Assembly (NCBI RefSeq): GCF_022539665.2
Contig: NC_081331.1
Coordinates: 11,718,001-11,782,000 of the forward strand
Length of the DNA: 64,000 nt
Source: Daphnia carinata
Lineage: Eukaryota
Direction: 5' to 3'
Shown here: positions 13,001-26,646 of the stretch, piece after piece
How the letters are laid out: each line of letters begins with the position of its first letter
How positions within the stretch are numbered: position 1 is the stretch's first letter
Made by a program: the position numbers and the translations under genes
The notes under the pieces: generated by a model
Databases searched by the model: none
Told to the model about the DNA's origin: nothing
What the model saw: the letters and a program-made list of their open reading frames with translations, nothing else

Positions 13001-16000
13001 TAGAGAACTCAGTTTAATACGTCAGTATGGTGCACAACAAATAATCGGGTGATTGGGTGCATCGGAACATTTTAGACCATCATCTAATCTCTTTTTCCTA
13101 TAAGCTTCCATTACAGCCGGTGGCATAGAAGAAAATTTCAAGAAATAAACAGAAATAAATGTCAACATTGCTTTTGCCACCGAGGCGGAGTGGCGTACAT
13201 TTCCGGTTTGCTTGATGGGACGGGAGCCAATCTTGATCACGGCCGTGCGGGAGAACTGAAGGAAAAGGGCAGATGTATCTACGGAATTCCTTGCTGTCGG
13301 CATCGGAGACTCGCTAGTTTTCGTTGGAATACTTTGAAGAAGTTTTTGACCTTCTCCCTTTCTCTGGCTATCCATTTCCTTTCATATGTTTTTCTTTTTG
13401 ATTTTGTTTTTTCATTCGGCGTCTGTCGCTTCTCCCGCCTACAACGTGTCAACTTCAATTGTGCCCGCCATCCAAATCAACATCGTCCGTAACGTGACAT
13501 TGCCGGAGACGGCAAGACGGATCGCATCAAACCTTGTCAATCCATCAAAATTAATCAAGTAAAGAGTCGTGGACGAGAGGAAAAAAAAAATAAATAAATT
13601 TGAAAAAAAGCAAACAAAAATAAGGTTGGCACAGCAACAGATTCCACTGCAGCTTCCAACAACAACAAAAAGTGGGGACGCCTAAAAAAAATATTAAAAA
13701 TATTTCCAACATTGCGAGAGTGCAGAGCGTGACCTTATACGTAATCATCTTTCAAATTAATATGCGTCTATCCTCCCCCTCTTTCTCCCTCTTTCCCCCT
13801 ATATATGTAGAAAGATGCGTGTTGTGTGCTGCGCGTTGGATGTCCATTATTTCTACCCGACAACGGACGCACCAATGATTACAAGGTACTGGACTATTAG
13901 TTACAATATTGGAATACTGTAAGAGCTACGCAGCTTCGTAAGCTACGGATTGCAGTAACGATGCCGACACGACCCTAGCAATGGTTTCCTTTGCGCTTAT
14001 TTTTTTTGTTTTCTTCTATGCAATTGGAAGGCGAGTAGGCGCGCGTGTGAAAACCATCGACAGAACGCAGAGTCAAACGTCACGTTTCCACGCAACCGTA
14101 CCGCAAACAGGCACATCTGTGTATGAACATCGGATCGTATGTACGTATATCAATGCGATTGACGCCTACTTGAAATGTTTGGTAGATAGTCCCACTCATT
14201 AGACTTTGCTTTTTTCAAAGATCCGACAGCTTAGCATTAACACGGAAAGAGAGAGAGTGGAATGGTGCAGGCAAATTTCAAAATTGCTACGTGCGGATGT
14301 ACGCAGCTTGTGTTGCGATGTTTTCCAATCAAAAAGATGGAACGATTACGTTGGCGGGATTCTTCGCTTGAGCAAAGCCATCAGCTAGTCTTGACGAAAG
14401 GATTGACGTAAACGGCTTCTACACATAATGAAAACTCTCCTTTAGCTCAAGGCATTTTCGTTGTTTAAAAATTTGTACGCAAATGTTTCTTACTTTTTTT
14501 TTTCCTTTCATTTGGCTTATCTTCAAACTCAAAAAAAAAAAAAGAGAAACTTTTTGTGGAATCACTGGTTCCTATTTTGCCTGTACTAACGTGTAGAAGC
14601 AGAGTGGGGATCCGTTACAGTTCGTACATTTTTTGATTCGACTGGAACGTTTCGAATCGTAGCCGGTACAATGTTTCTCATTATTGCCTTTAATCCGTTG
14701 ATCAACTTTTATTTTCCACTTTTAATTGTTTTCTTCTCACGCTTCTGTTTCTCAACGTTTGCAGGAAATCATTGCCCTTGAATCATTTTGCATTGGGGTG
14801 ACATTTGCGCAATCGATCCCCTGACGATAATTTTGCCACATCTTCCCAATGGTTTCTCACGGTCTTTGATGTTTTGTTCCTTGCCCATCGCCCAACACTT
14901 GATGAATTTCGTTGATTCTTGATTAGATTTTTCAAGTCGCACAGTAATAAAACTGTGGAGAGGCTAATCAAAGTTCACCAACATTCACCTTAGCTAAGGC
15001 CCACTTGATAGTGTTTGGTAGAAAACCCTTTATCTTTTATGGTGTACACAAATCCGAACGGTTTGTGATGTATATTTGTATACCTGCACCCACTATTTGT
15101 GTCTATATGCAAAGATGTAAAGAACAGCACAGATCCCAAGGCAAATAATAATCTCATTCTTGCAAGACTCTTTCCAACAAAAATGCAAAACCACTAAATT
15201 CTGGCGCATCTGTGGAAAAACGAGTCCGTTACCCAAGAAATCTTTTGAGGCATAAAAAAAAATAAAAAGAGGTAAAAAATAAATCATAAATCAAGAAGGT
15301 TGTCTTTCATCTTCCTGGCAGCTTTATCCCGCGTGCAATAATACCTATGGTTAGGTTACGCGTGAAGACTGACGTCATACAGCCTGGGCCAAACCTACCA
15401 CATAGATCTTTACGGGCCGTGTGTTTTATCTTTTTAAAAGAAAAAAGGTCGTCGCCTCTTAAAGGGATACACATAACAATAAAGGAGCTAATGATGTATA
15501 AAGTCCCGCAAATCACTTCACGAGCGTTCGTTTTATAACGGAGCGCTGCTGCGACGACGGAGCGCACACACACGGAAAACTCTTTGGCTCATGTTTACAA
15601 CCCGACGCATCCGTCGCTTTCCGGCTCGTTAGCGGCACATATAGACGAAAGGCGAGTTATTTCTGCCCGTGCCAAGAAAGAACTTGTAGAAGAGATGCCT
15701 CTTCAACAAGAGATTTATCTATAATTGGCTTTGCGTCGGGCACATCACGCACGGCAGGAAAGCCAGCAGCCGGGGCTACATCGATATAGCAATCGTGTTC
15801 CACTTGAAACTGAAAACGAACCTTACCGAAACTTTGCGACGAAACCAGAGGGCAAAGTCGAGAGGCGATCCCCAATCCTATTGGAGGGGCAAAGAAAAAA
15901 AAAATATCCGCTTGTTTAGTTGTTTTTATTTTCTATTTCTGGTGATTCGGTCGGCCAGCAGCTCACGAAATTCACGACTATTCATAGAGATCAGTGCGTT

Positions 16001-19000
16001 TTTGTTTCTCACAGCTGCAACGCTTAGCCCTGGGCTATAACTGCCCATAAATATTAAGGGCGTGGGTCTTATTTATTATTGAAACGTAGACGACTTTAGA
16101 CTTCAGTTGGAATTGATTGAACTGAAAATCTGTTCAATTGAATCATTTTGGTATAATTGGGAACAGGTCATTCAAGAAGCGCTAGGCAGTTAATTTGTTT
16201 GCAAAGTTGGCCTTGCGTTCATCCGGACGAACTGCATTCCTTTTCTTCTCATTTTCGCGATAGCGCATCCTTAGTTATCGATATTTCCGCTTCAAAAGGG
16301 CTTTGAAAGCCGTTCTCGTAACTAAAACCAACCGGAGGGCATCAAGAAATGGAAGCCGAGGCGACATTGGATCGAAATGATTGCAGAGAAACAGAAACAA
16401 AATGAAGGCATGCCTCAAATGACAAAAAAAGAAAGAAAGAGGATTGCAAGCCGGGAAGATTTGTAATTATTTATTAACCAATATGTCGTCCGGGAATGCG
16501 CGTCTTATTTCCCCCTCCCTTTTTTTTTAAGGGCTTTGGAGTCGAGGCAAAGATAAAGATATTGATTAAGGATTGTATTTTTTTTTTTTTTTTTCATAGC
16601 CGTGCGTTTTCTCGTTTTGAACCACCCTCGTTGTAATCCCGTTCCATTTTGTTGTTGTCCTTCTTTTTATCCGCAAGGGGTGAATGACGGAATGGATTTT
16701 GCTTCCATATCTTAGCGATGCGCGTAGACATCTTATGTATTCAATAAAGGTTTTCAGCTATACGGCCAGACCCGCGTTCCTAGAAAAAGAAAAAAACGAG
16801 CTACGTGTTTCGCTTCCGTTTTTTTTTTTCTCTTACCAAACAGCCAAAACAGACGACCCTCTTCTGCAAAAAAAGGAAAGAAAAAAAAGGGTTTGCCTCA
16901 GCGAGGCATTATTAGTAAATCTAGACGCCATCGAATGGATGATCGGAATGACGGGCACGTGAGCATGGCCTCTAGCACCATATTCATGTGTATTTATATT
17001 TAATCTGGTGATTACATTCTCTCTACGAGTCTGTTCATACTCAATATCCATCGGCGTCTATGCTGGAATAGCTTTGGGGGAGGGAGGCTATTCATCTGTG
17101 GCTGTCGTTCTCGTCTCGATCATTGATTCATTTCAGCTTTGATGCCTCGTCCTCCTACTCGTTGCCACAGCCATTGATGGATGCATTCCTGCGGATCCGC
17201 TGATCCGGAATTCATCATCAGCTGCGGTATTTTCTCCTTTCAGGCCGTGTGCTACCAATGCCCATCTCCCCCTCCTACGCTATCTGCTCAATTATCAGGG
17301 TCCTTCTCGATATATTTTTTTTTTGGGGCTTCCGTGACGTTGACTTTTTTTTTCGTTTTGTGCAAATGGGATCTTAACCCTTCTCTCCTTCTTTTCTCTA
17401 TTGTCCTCTTATTATTCTAGTTTTTTTTCTTTCTTTTCTTCTTTTTGATGTCCTTCGCTAAGTCGCTCATGCCAAACCATCAACTTAATCGATGTTCCGC
17501 ATGTTCATTCGTCTTCTTCTCATCGTCCGATAATCATAAGGAGAAGCTATAAAGCATTCGACGACCTGCCTGTTTAGTGTTCATTCAACAGTGGAATGTC
17601 GCTCGCGAACAAACTGCCCAACCGTCACGTCGTCGCATCGTCCGTTCGGTTATTGAACTTTATTCAAGCGGATCTTTTTTTCCTTTTCTTCTGGATACCA
17701 TCGTCTTATGACCGTATAGAACTACTAGACCATTCTTCTTTTTTTGTTTCCTTAAACAAAATACAAATACATATATAAAAGGAAAACTCAAATAATATCC
17801 CGAGGGGTCGAATCGATGATCATTCCACCGATGGCCATGACTCCCCCTGCTGTTGGTAATGTAACACGGACCCAACGAAATCTGCTGGCATGGAGGAGGG
17901 AAAACCTTCAAAAGTGGCCAAAAAGGGAAGGCCAGAAAAGAAGCACACATCAGTCCAAGACCCTCAGCTTAGTGTCAGCGTACATTGCCCAAGACCTGCG
18001 CATGTTTTGTTTACCTCATACACCTGTGTGAGCGCAATACTGATGGGTATTACGCCGTCCTATTGGAAAAGCTTGGGAAACTACACAACCGTTGAATTTC
18101 AGGGCCTGAATTTTTTTTGCTGGCCGTCTTCTCCGACATTCTTTTCCCAAGCCAATCGTCTGATGAAAAATTCTTCTTAAGAATATCCTCCCCAACTAGT
18201 CACAGCCCCCTGTCCTCCTACTTTTGAGACCTCCTTTTTTTTTAAAGACTATTTGGCCATGTATTTATTCGGATCGCAATGGAGAATTCTCTTCTCCTTT
18301 AAACTGATTTGTTTGCTGATGACGTGAATGGATTTAGTTAGTGGCAGTTGTAAACACGTGTCAGTCAATTTTTCTTTTTCATTCCAGAGTGCTATACAGA
18401 ACATATACAAACACACGTGTATCTATAGCCCTCCATTCGAAAAGACTATACGCCCCCATTTTCCAGGCCTCTCTTCGTCTCCCTCTGAAAGATATTGAGA
18501 AAAATATGACAAGTGATGGAAGCCCAACGCTAATCTAGATAAAAGATAAAACCTGTACGTTTCGCCTAGTGCCTATATAGTAACCATAACCAAATGCAAA
18601 CTATTTTCAACGTGTATACGTCGAGTGAAAAAAAAAAAAAGAAAATGGAAAGAGTGGGGCGACTCTAAAACTTTACTTCCTGTGTAAAAATAAAATATCA
18701 CTGTTTACAGTCGGATGTTTCCGTTGTCATATTGCGCGGTTGGATATGTAAAGTAGATAGCCGTCCTAGCTGGGAAAGTACCAACACTTCTTACGGGCTC
18801 TTATTAAGACAGAAAAAGGAAAGTATACGGCGCACGTTTATTTCCTTTTTGCGGCTGGAAACGCTCGGCTTGCCGTCAGTTTCTCTGGCGAAGATTAGAA
18901 CAAAATCGGATTAAGCGAAATGGCCAAGTTTTATATAGTCTATATGCTCCTTCACACTTGCTAAACTTTGATCCCTTTCTTAAAAGCCGAACGAGTATGT

Positions 19001-22000
19001 ACCCGCTTACGAGTACGATCTGTGTTTGCTGTCGGCTCGTGCGTGTGTGCTCTACGTGCCATCCGCTTTTGCCGGGGTCGTACAGGTCCGCCCCTCCGTC
19101 TGAAACGCTCCATGCACTTGCGAAATCTCGTCTTCAACCTGTTCTTGTTTTATGTTATTTTTTTTTAGCTATATATCTTTGCCTATTTCTTGGTGTTCAA
19201 GATGATATGGGGTACGGCTAGTTCTTAAGCTGCTTGCTGCAATTCCGGCAAAAGCGGATTGCGCTTGCGGAATTATGATGAGGAGGACGTGACTCGAGCA
19301 GCTGTCGAATCTCTTGATCTAATTCCAGCTGAAAATTAAATGAACAAAGTTTTGGCGGTTTCCTTTTTTTTTTATCTAACAAAAGCCAGCCAAGGATTCG
19401 TTTAAAAACTCACGCTTCGGATGGAGAACATCCAGAGCAGCAAACGTAACTTTATTATGTGCGTGTTGCCAAAAAAAAAGTGTCGGTCCATTTCGTTTCC
19501 TTTTTTTTTATTTCTACAGCGTGAATCTTGAAAAAGAAGCCCCGCAACAACGGAATATATACGATTACAAGTTCCTTCCATCCGGGAATTTTCAAACTAG
19601 TGACACCTAGCGGATGGAAGTTGTGCTATAGATTCTTTTTTTTTTTTTTCTTTCCGAGTTGTCTCCTTTATCGGTTGGAATAGGGGAAGAAAAATATGGG
19701 CCGGAGGGATTGCGGAATCTGGCATATCGAGTTGATTGCCACGGCTGGATGATATTAGAATGTAGAATCACACGAACATGGAAAAATAAAAAGGAAGAAA
19801 GGATTTTCGGTGGTTGTCGCGCGACCATTGTGGTCGCGGCTGGGCGGATCGATCTGTTCAGTCAAGTCATGGACGACCGATTTGTAGTGGTCTGCCAGCA
19901 AAGCCTGAGGTTACATGTTGAAAAAAAGGAGAACAACAAGCACACAGCCAAATAGAAAATAAAGACGAAGAAAAGAATGGACGAAAAGGAGCTGGAGATA
20001 GCTGTTTTGAAGAGACCAAATACAATGGCTACTTTGGATGCCATTGTGACGACAGACATGGTCAAAATTAATCAAAAATCACCGTCAGGGCTTCTCCTCA
20101 ACTCTGTTCCACTCTCTTTTGATGCAGTCGGATGCTCTTTGCGAAGAGAGAGAGAGAAATGAGAAAGAAAACCACAAGAGAACAATTCATTTAACAGGAT
20201 CGCCTGTCCGTCGACGATTCCTTTCGTCGTGGCTGCTGCTCCGTGCTGGCCGCAAATCAATTTGCCCATCAGCTCGTGTAACACAATCTGCTCGATATTT
20301 AATCAGCATAGAGAATCAGACAAGTCCAAAAAACTGAAAGCGCTAAGTGTTCATCTGTTTTTTTTTCTCTCTTGTTTTCTGTGGGCAATAAAAGAACAAA
20401 AATGATAATAAATGGTTAGCATTCGAAACGCAGGGCCTGGGCGTGCGTGAGGTCATCATCCAATTTTGACCCCGTTGAACGAAACAGAACATATAACTAT
20501 GCAAGCAATTGTGTATCCACGACAGACTCGCACACAATCAAAACGAAGAAACATTCAATTTTTAATAACTCGTGATTACAAGAATGTTTCCATTTTTTTT
20601 TTTTTATGATTAAACACTATCTTCGGGGCTTTAATTAACCTGTACACTGGTACAGTCCAAAGAATCTAAAGGTAAGCAATAAGGAAACGATTCATTTTTC
20701 TTTTTTTTTCTTTTCTTGATTTCGAGTAGGAATGGATAGAGATGAAAGGCTATGCTCAAAGCCTCTCAAAGTGATTTAAATAAGACGATCGCGTGATGGT
20801 TGTACATGCACCTTTGTTTTCTTTTTTAAAGAGAAGCATATACATACACACACACACGTAGATTCACACACACTCACTCATTTGCGCTGCTGAAAAGAGT
20901 GGAAAACTAAAGAGGCAGGTACACACACACACACAGGTGAATTTTTCCTTTGAAATGAAATGGGTTCTCGTGTTGGTTTTTCAAGTTTTTTTCTTTTGGC
21001 TGATGGGGAGGAGGGATCCCCCCCCCCCCCTCAATCTTATCACCTTTCGTATATATGTTGAAAGTGTGTACACACACACACCCTTTGGGTGATCTCCCCC
21101 CCCTCTGTGTGTGTGTGTAAATTCGACATCATTAACTTTGCAGTGAAAATATAGAGGGAACAGTATAAATTAACGTTTCCCTCTCACTATCTAATTTTTT
21201 TTTCGTCTTCTACCGGCGGGCGGATATTTTTACTTATTTATTTTTCTCTTCGTTTTTTTTTTGCCAAGTTAATTGCCAAACAACATGCCATGTCCAAGCT
21301 GGCTTCAAGGGTTTAAAAACAAAAAAAAAATCACCCTCTCTTTTTTAGCTATATAAAAATATTTTAAAATACTTTTGTTTGTTTTTTTTTTGTTTTTGTT
21401 TTTTTATAATTTTCTCCCGGCGCAGTCTGGCGTGAAATAGGACCGACTAAACGTTTTTCGTCTGCCCTGCTAAGAATGGATGCTGCGTGCAATGTCGAAC
21501 GTCGTCCCGCGTTCGTTTTTGGGGCCAACTGCCGGCGTGCCGACGGTCGTTCCCTCGCCAAACACATAGAACGTAACGTTTACTATAACGTAACATTTCT
21601 CGTCGTTATGTTTTTGTGTGTATATGTATTTTTTTTTTTTACTTTGTTTTGTCTTCTTTTTCTTTTTTATTTTTAAATATTTTTACCTCCGCCACTCCCC
21701 CCTTTTTTTTTCTCCCCACTCTTCCAATCGCTCTCCTGTTCGTAAACAGTTTTAATGAGGTGAATTCTTCTTGACCTTCTTTTAATGGCCGTCTATAGCT
21801 GGAATTATAATATTTTGTTTTCAAGAAAGAAAACATTTGCTTGAGCCGGTACACTCGAGGGTTTTCCTAGACGTTTGTTGCTGTGAATTTGAGAAGGAGA
21901 AATAAGAAAATCTGTTAGGAAAAGAAATGGCACAGGCTGATCTCATCGTCTTTTTTCTTCTTCTTCACTTCTACGATAGGAACAGACAGCGCAGAAATAT

Positions 22001-22134
22001 ATATATATAAAAAAAAAAAAAAAGAAAAAAATAGACATCCATCTTACATCCCAAGTGTTGCCTTGTCTGGCACATTTTTCACAGCCACGTCACGATGACG
22101 GATGCTGATGATGGCCGCAGTTTTCGACAATAAG

Positions 22135-22156
22135 ACACACACACACACACACACAC
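22135..22156. repeat. (AC)11 microsatellite
   Basis: Direct reading. Confidence 0.95.
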
Positions 22157-24335
22157 ATACATGTTTGAAGAAAACGAAAAATATTTTTTTTTCCAGAATT
22201 TATTTACTTCCATCTTTTCTCTATTTTTTATGTGCGCTCCATCGACTTTGAGATTTTTTTTTCATTCACATTTATTCCTCTGCTTACCTTCTTCTATTCC
22301 TTCATTTTTCTTCTTACAAGATTGGAAAATCCAAATCAAAGGTACACACACACACACCTCTAAGAAAATGATAGAAAAAAAAAAATAGATAATAACGACA
22401 CAATCCTCCAGAAACATGGAGACCGTCTGGTATCCTTTTTTTTTTTGGAGCGCTGTCAGTCGGAGTTGACGCGACAGGGGAGTGACTGACTCCTCCTGAT
22501 TTCACGTCCCAGCTCGTAACTCTCTCCTTAAAAAAAAAATGTCAACGCAACCCTGAAGCACCGAAGATATATACGCACAAGAAGAAGGAAAAAAAAATTG
22601 CGTTGGAACAGGAAAAACACGTTCTGTTCCCTCTTGCGCACACTGTCCACGTACAACAGCCAGCACCTTTTTGTGTGTCTGCTTTGATGCCAGATGCTAA
22701 TAACCTCACACCTATAGTGACAGCTCTAGTCATGTTTACATTAATCGAACGTGTTCCCCCTTTTTTTTTTTAAAGAAATGCGCTTGTATCGTGCCTGGTT
22801 AGATCCTCCTTTCTCTTTTGCCTGTATTATGTACAAGTTAAACAAGGCGCATACTGCAAATCAGATGAGACGCTAAAGTCAAACCCAAGTCGTATAGCGA
22901 TCTGATAAAATTGGCTGGCGACGTGAGGCAAATGTCAGTGTAGCCGAAATGTTTTTACCAGATGTTCATCATCCAGGATTATTCCATTAAGTATCTGACT
23001 GCGGACGCATCTGGCCTTGCGGATTTTGGTTTTTTTTTTTTTTTTTTTGGCCAGAAACGCAGAGAACTTGACTCAAAGTTTTCAATTAAAGCCCGTCAGC
23101 TAGAAGGAGATGGAATACTCAGTTTTGAAAACAAGCCGGGGAAGTAAACGGACAGCTATTCAAGCGCCGACATTGTTTGCTGCCTTCATCCATCGCTGTA
23201 TTCTAATGAGGTTCGTGGCAAGTGCGTGGTAGTCGCCGTATCTCTGGCTACTATTGTTCATTGTACGCATTAAGCAAATAAAAGAGGCGTCCAGGGTTAC
23301 AGAAAAACAAAATCTATACTGTAATATATAAAGGTCTCTTTTTAAATGAGACAAGCTTCTAAGAAAACGGTATTAATAGTGAATCGTAAAAGGAGGAGAG
23401 AATCTCCGAAGCGCTTGAAACAGAAGAATCCCAGATGGACGAAAGCAAAGTGAGTCAAAGACGGAATGCATTAGACGGTGCATTACTAGATAAAGAAGCA
23501 GAAGAAGAAGAAGAAAAAAAAAGCAATCAATAGAAAAGAAAACAAAAAAAAAAAAAGAAATAAGAAAGAGATAAAAGTCGTATGTATATTTAATCGTTGA
23601 ATGCGTGCGCAAGATTGTTTAACATGCTTAAAACGCATAATCTTGGATCGAACGCTGCAGGGTCACGGACATTGTGCTTTGCGCTAAACGAAGTCAATTA
23701 AGATTGTCGCTCTGCTTATTTATTTTTTCCCCACCTTTTTAGTTTCTCACCGTGACGACAATCTCACGCCCGAGGATAATTTTTCATTTCTTTTACCCCT
23801 CATGTGTCATTAACGTATAAACGTGTGAGGCACGCGTTCGTGCCCACTACCTGATGGCTTCCAATCGAACGCTATAAACAAGAAAAATCAGTAAAGAAAA
23901 GCTGATTTTTTTTTTTGCTTTTCCCGATCGCTAAGAGTCCTAGCGTGAACAAGACGAAGCTCCGTTCTTCAAAAAGGACACGATTCACACCGCATACTCT
24001 CCATTTGGCTTCGTTTGGGACTAGAGCTATACTGTCTGTCCTGTTGGCAACAGTCCATGCTTGTTTTTGTTTTTTTATTATTTTGGCCTCTGTTCTCTTG
24101 TGAATTTCTGCAACAAAAAATGGACAGGAAACGTAGCACATGCAGTACAATGAAGTGGCCATAAAAAAAAAAGGTTTGTTTGTACGTATGTGTGTATGAT
24201 GGTGGCGTCCAAGAACCCGCCCGCGTAGCTGACAACCAACGACTCTCACCATTGGCGAGAACTTAATACATCACGCAGCGACGCCTTGTTTCCGACTGTC
24301 CGTAAATGGGGGTGGGCACCTATAATAGAAAAAGA

Positions 24336-24338
<3 letters not shown>

Positions 24339-24366
<28 letters not shown>
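24339..24366. repeat. (GA)14 microsatellite
   Basis: Direct reading. Confidence 0.97.
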
Positions 24367-24372
<6 letters not shown>

Positions 24373-26603
24373 AAGAGACACGAAGAAGAAAATGAGTGAT
24401 GGAGTGTTGCTGGGACAGTTGGTGGTAATCTGATGGAAACGATGATGACGACGATGACGTTACAGCGCTGCGGTCGCACGGCATTACGGAAACCTCATCA
24501 GCATCCGTCGAGATTCGTTTCGTTTCCTTTTATGATTTTTCTTTAGCTACGAAAACTTTTCTTTTTTGTTGTATTTCTATATCCTTTTTATTTTTGTTAA
24601 GAAAGGGGGAGACAAGGAGTGTTACAGCACGAAAAGTGTAGTCGTCCATTCTCCATCTTGTTTCGCTTTGACAATCGCGCCAGAAGTTGGACGGTCACGC
24701 CGGTGTTGCGTTACGGCCTCATCTTGTCGTTGGTTACACTGGATCACGTTGAACGAAAAAGAAAAATTTCTTGTGTAGTCGTGTCTTTTCTCAACGTTCC
24801 TTTATCATTTCGTCTTGTTTCTTTCCTATTTGATCGACTCTACTGGCCGCGTTTCAAAAATAATATTTGTTTTTGTAATTTCAATCATTTAAAACACGAG
24901 TCTTCATTTATTTATAATAATGGGCAAGCGCAACAGCAGAGCATCGCTATCATTACTATATACCTTTATGTTATGCTATCTCTAACCGCACGTACATGGC
25001 ACTTTGATCTCGTTTTCCATGTTTAAATGAAGAAGAACTAAATGGAGAAAAACTCTGAACTACAAGAAAAAAAAAAGGGCGACTCCGATTCAGGGAATAG
25101 AGGGGTAGCTGGGTGTACGACGATGCGCTGTATAATTATAATGGCCTACCTTTTCGAAACTTAGCGGTTCAAAGGAGTTTAAAGAAAAAAATTCCAAACT
25201 TTTAAAAGTCAAGTTTGAACAAACGGCGCGTCAACTGTTTTATCAATTCATCCTTATCGAAAAGGGAAAAAGGCACAGAAAATTGAGGCGAGAGTGAATA
25301 TATTTATATGAGGCTGTTATGTAATAAAAAGCTGGAGGCGTGTGAGATCGATTGTTGATCGAAGTTCTCGTCTTTTGATGTGCTTCGTTCTTTCACCCTT
25401 TTACTCATTTTCTGGCCCCATTTAGGCCTGATGTTTTCTGGTTATTTTCGTTAGAGGGAAATAACCTGATGGTCGAACGGTTATATAGGGTCAATATATA
25501 ATAATATCGACGCCTCCATCTATGGAAAAAGGACGAAAGAAAAGAAGAAAAGCGGCTCGGAGCCTGCGCTCTTGTTTGCGTGTTTGCGTCCGTGTGTAGC
25601 ACGGCTTGTGTTGGCGCAACCAACACAAGGCGTGAATCTAACGACCAGCAATTTCAGTTTAAATGGTGTGCATATTAAATAGGGGGGAAAAGATGCGACT
25701 CGAAATGGCTTTTACCTTCATCGGCCGATACGCTCCAAGCGTTCGGCACAAAAAAAAAAACTTTATTTCTACGGCGTTCATCGTGGCGTCGTGTTGCCCT
25801 TTTGTTTCGCTTCGTGTTTTCGTTTTGTTCGCCATCGAGTCAAAAGAGGAGCCGGTCTCGGTCATCTCCTCTTTAGTGTCTATGCATATGTATCGAGGGA
25901 AAAAAAAAAAAGAGGTTGGTGAGGAATAAGAGGAGGAGGGATAGAGGGGATGATGGGAGTCTTTTCTGTAAGAAAAAAAAAAGAAAGAAAAATCTTTAGC
26001 GGGAGATACAACATTTACCGGAAAAAGAAAAAGAACGAGGCTATGGGTGAAAACATTTGCATAGGTTCCTACGTCCTGGAGCCGATTGGTTACACACAAT
26101 TTTTTTTCTCCCATAGTTTTCTCCGTTGGTTCTTATAGACGCGCCTATACAGTCCCATCAAATTGAGGGTCGTCTTTCTCTCTAATTATTCAGAAATCTT
26201 GGGGATTGTTATTAGTTTAGCAAAGGGGAGAAGAAGAGAAAACAAAACAAACGTAAAAGAAATTGGGAAGAAATGCATAAGAGTACCTGTTTTGTTAATC
26301 ATCATTATTAGGATTTCTCCCCCTTTTTCCAAAGGTGGGAGGAAGGTATACGTATAGGCCGTGTTTTCTGTGTGTACTCTTAAGCTGTACATTGTGCATG
26401 ACTCCGCACAAATATATACATACACTTGTGTGCGTCTGTGTTGGCTGTGAACGCGACGGTGATCCGCCTCCTGCTGTGTCGTAGTGCGCGGCCGGCCCAC
26501 CAGGAGTCACTAGCGCTCGAGCCCATCCATAGTCCAAACTGGCAATAGATCACCAATCCTACCCCCAATACTAAGCGTTCCTACTATTATTACACACGGA
26601 AAT

Positions 26604-26606
<3 letters not shown>

Positions 26607-26642
<36 letters not shown>
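26607..26642. repeat. (CA)18 microsatellite
   Basis: Direct reading. Confidence 0.97.

Positions 26643-26646
<4 letters not shown>

Noticed and set aside
12533..13375. Two tandem minus-strand ORFs (143 and 117 aa) with possible splice sites
   Set aside because: No recognisable homology, and I could not build a coherent spliced frame.
25316..25325. GTTATGTAAT PAR-bZIP/Vrille consensus
   Set aside because: A single degenerate 10-mer is expected by chance in 64 kb of AT-rich DNA.
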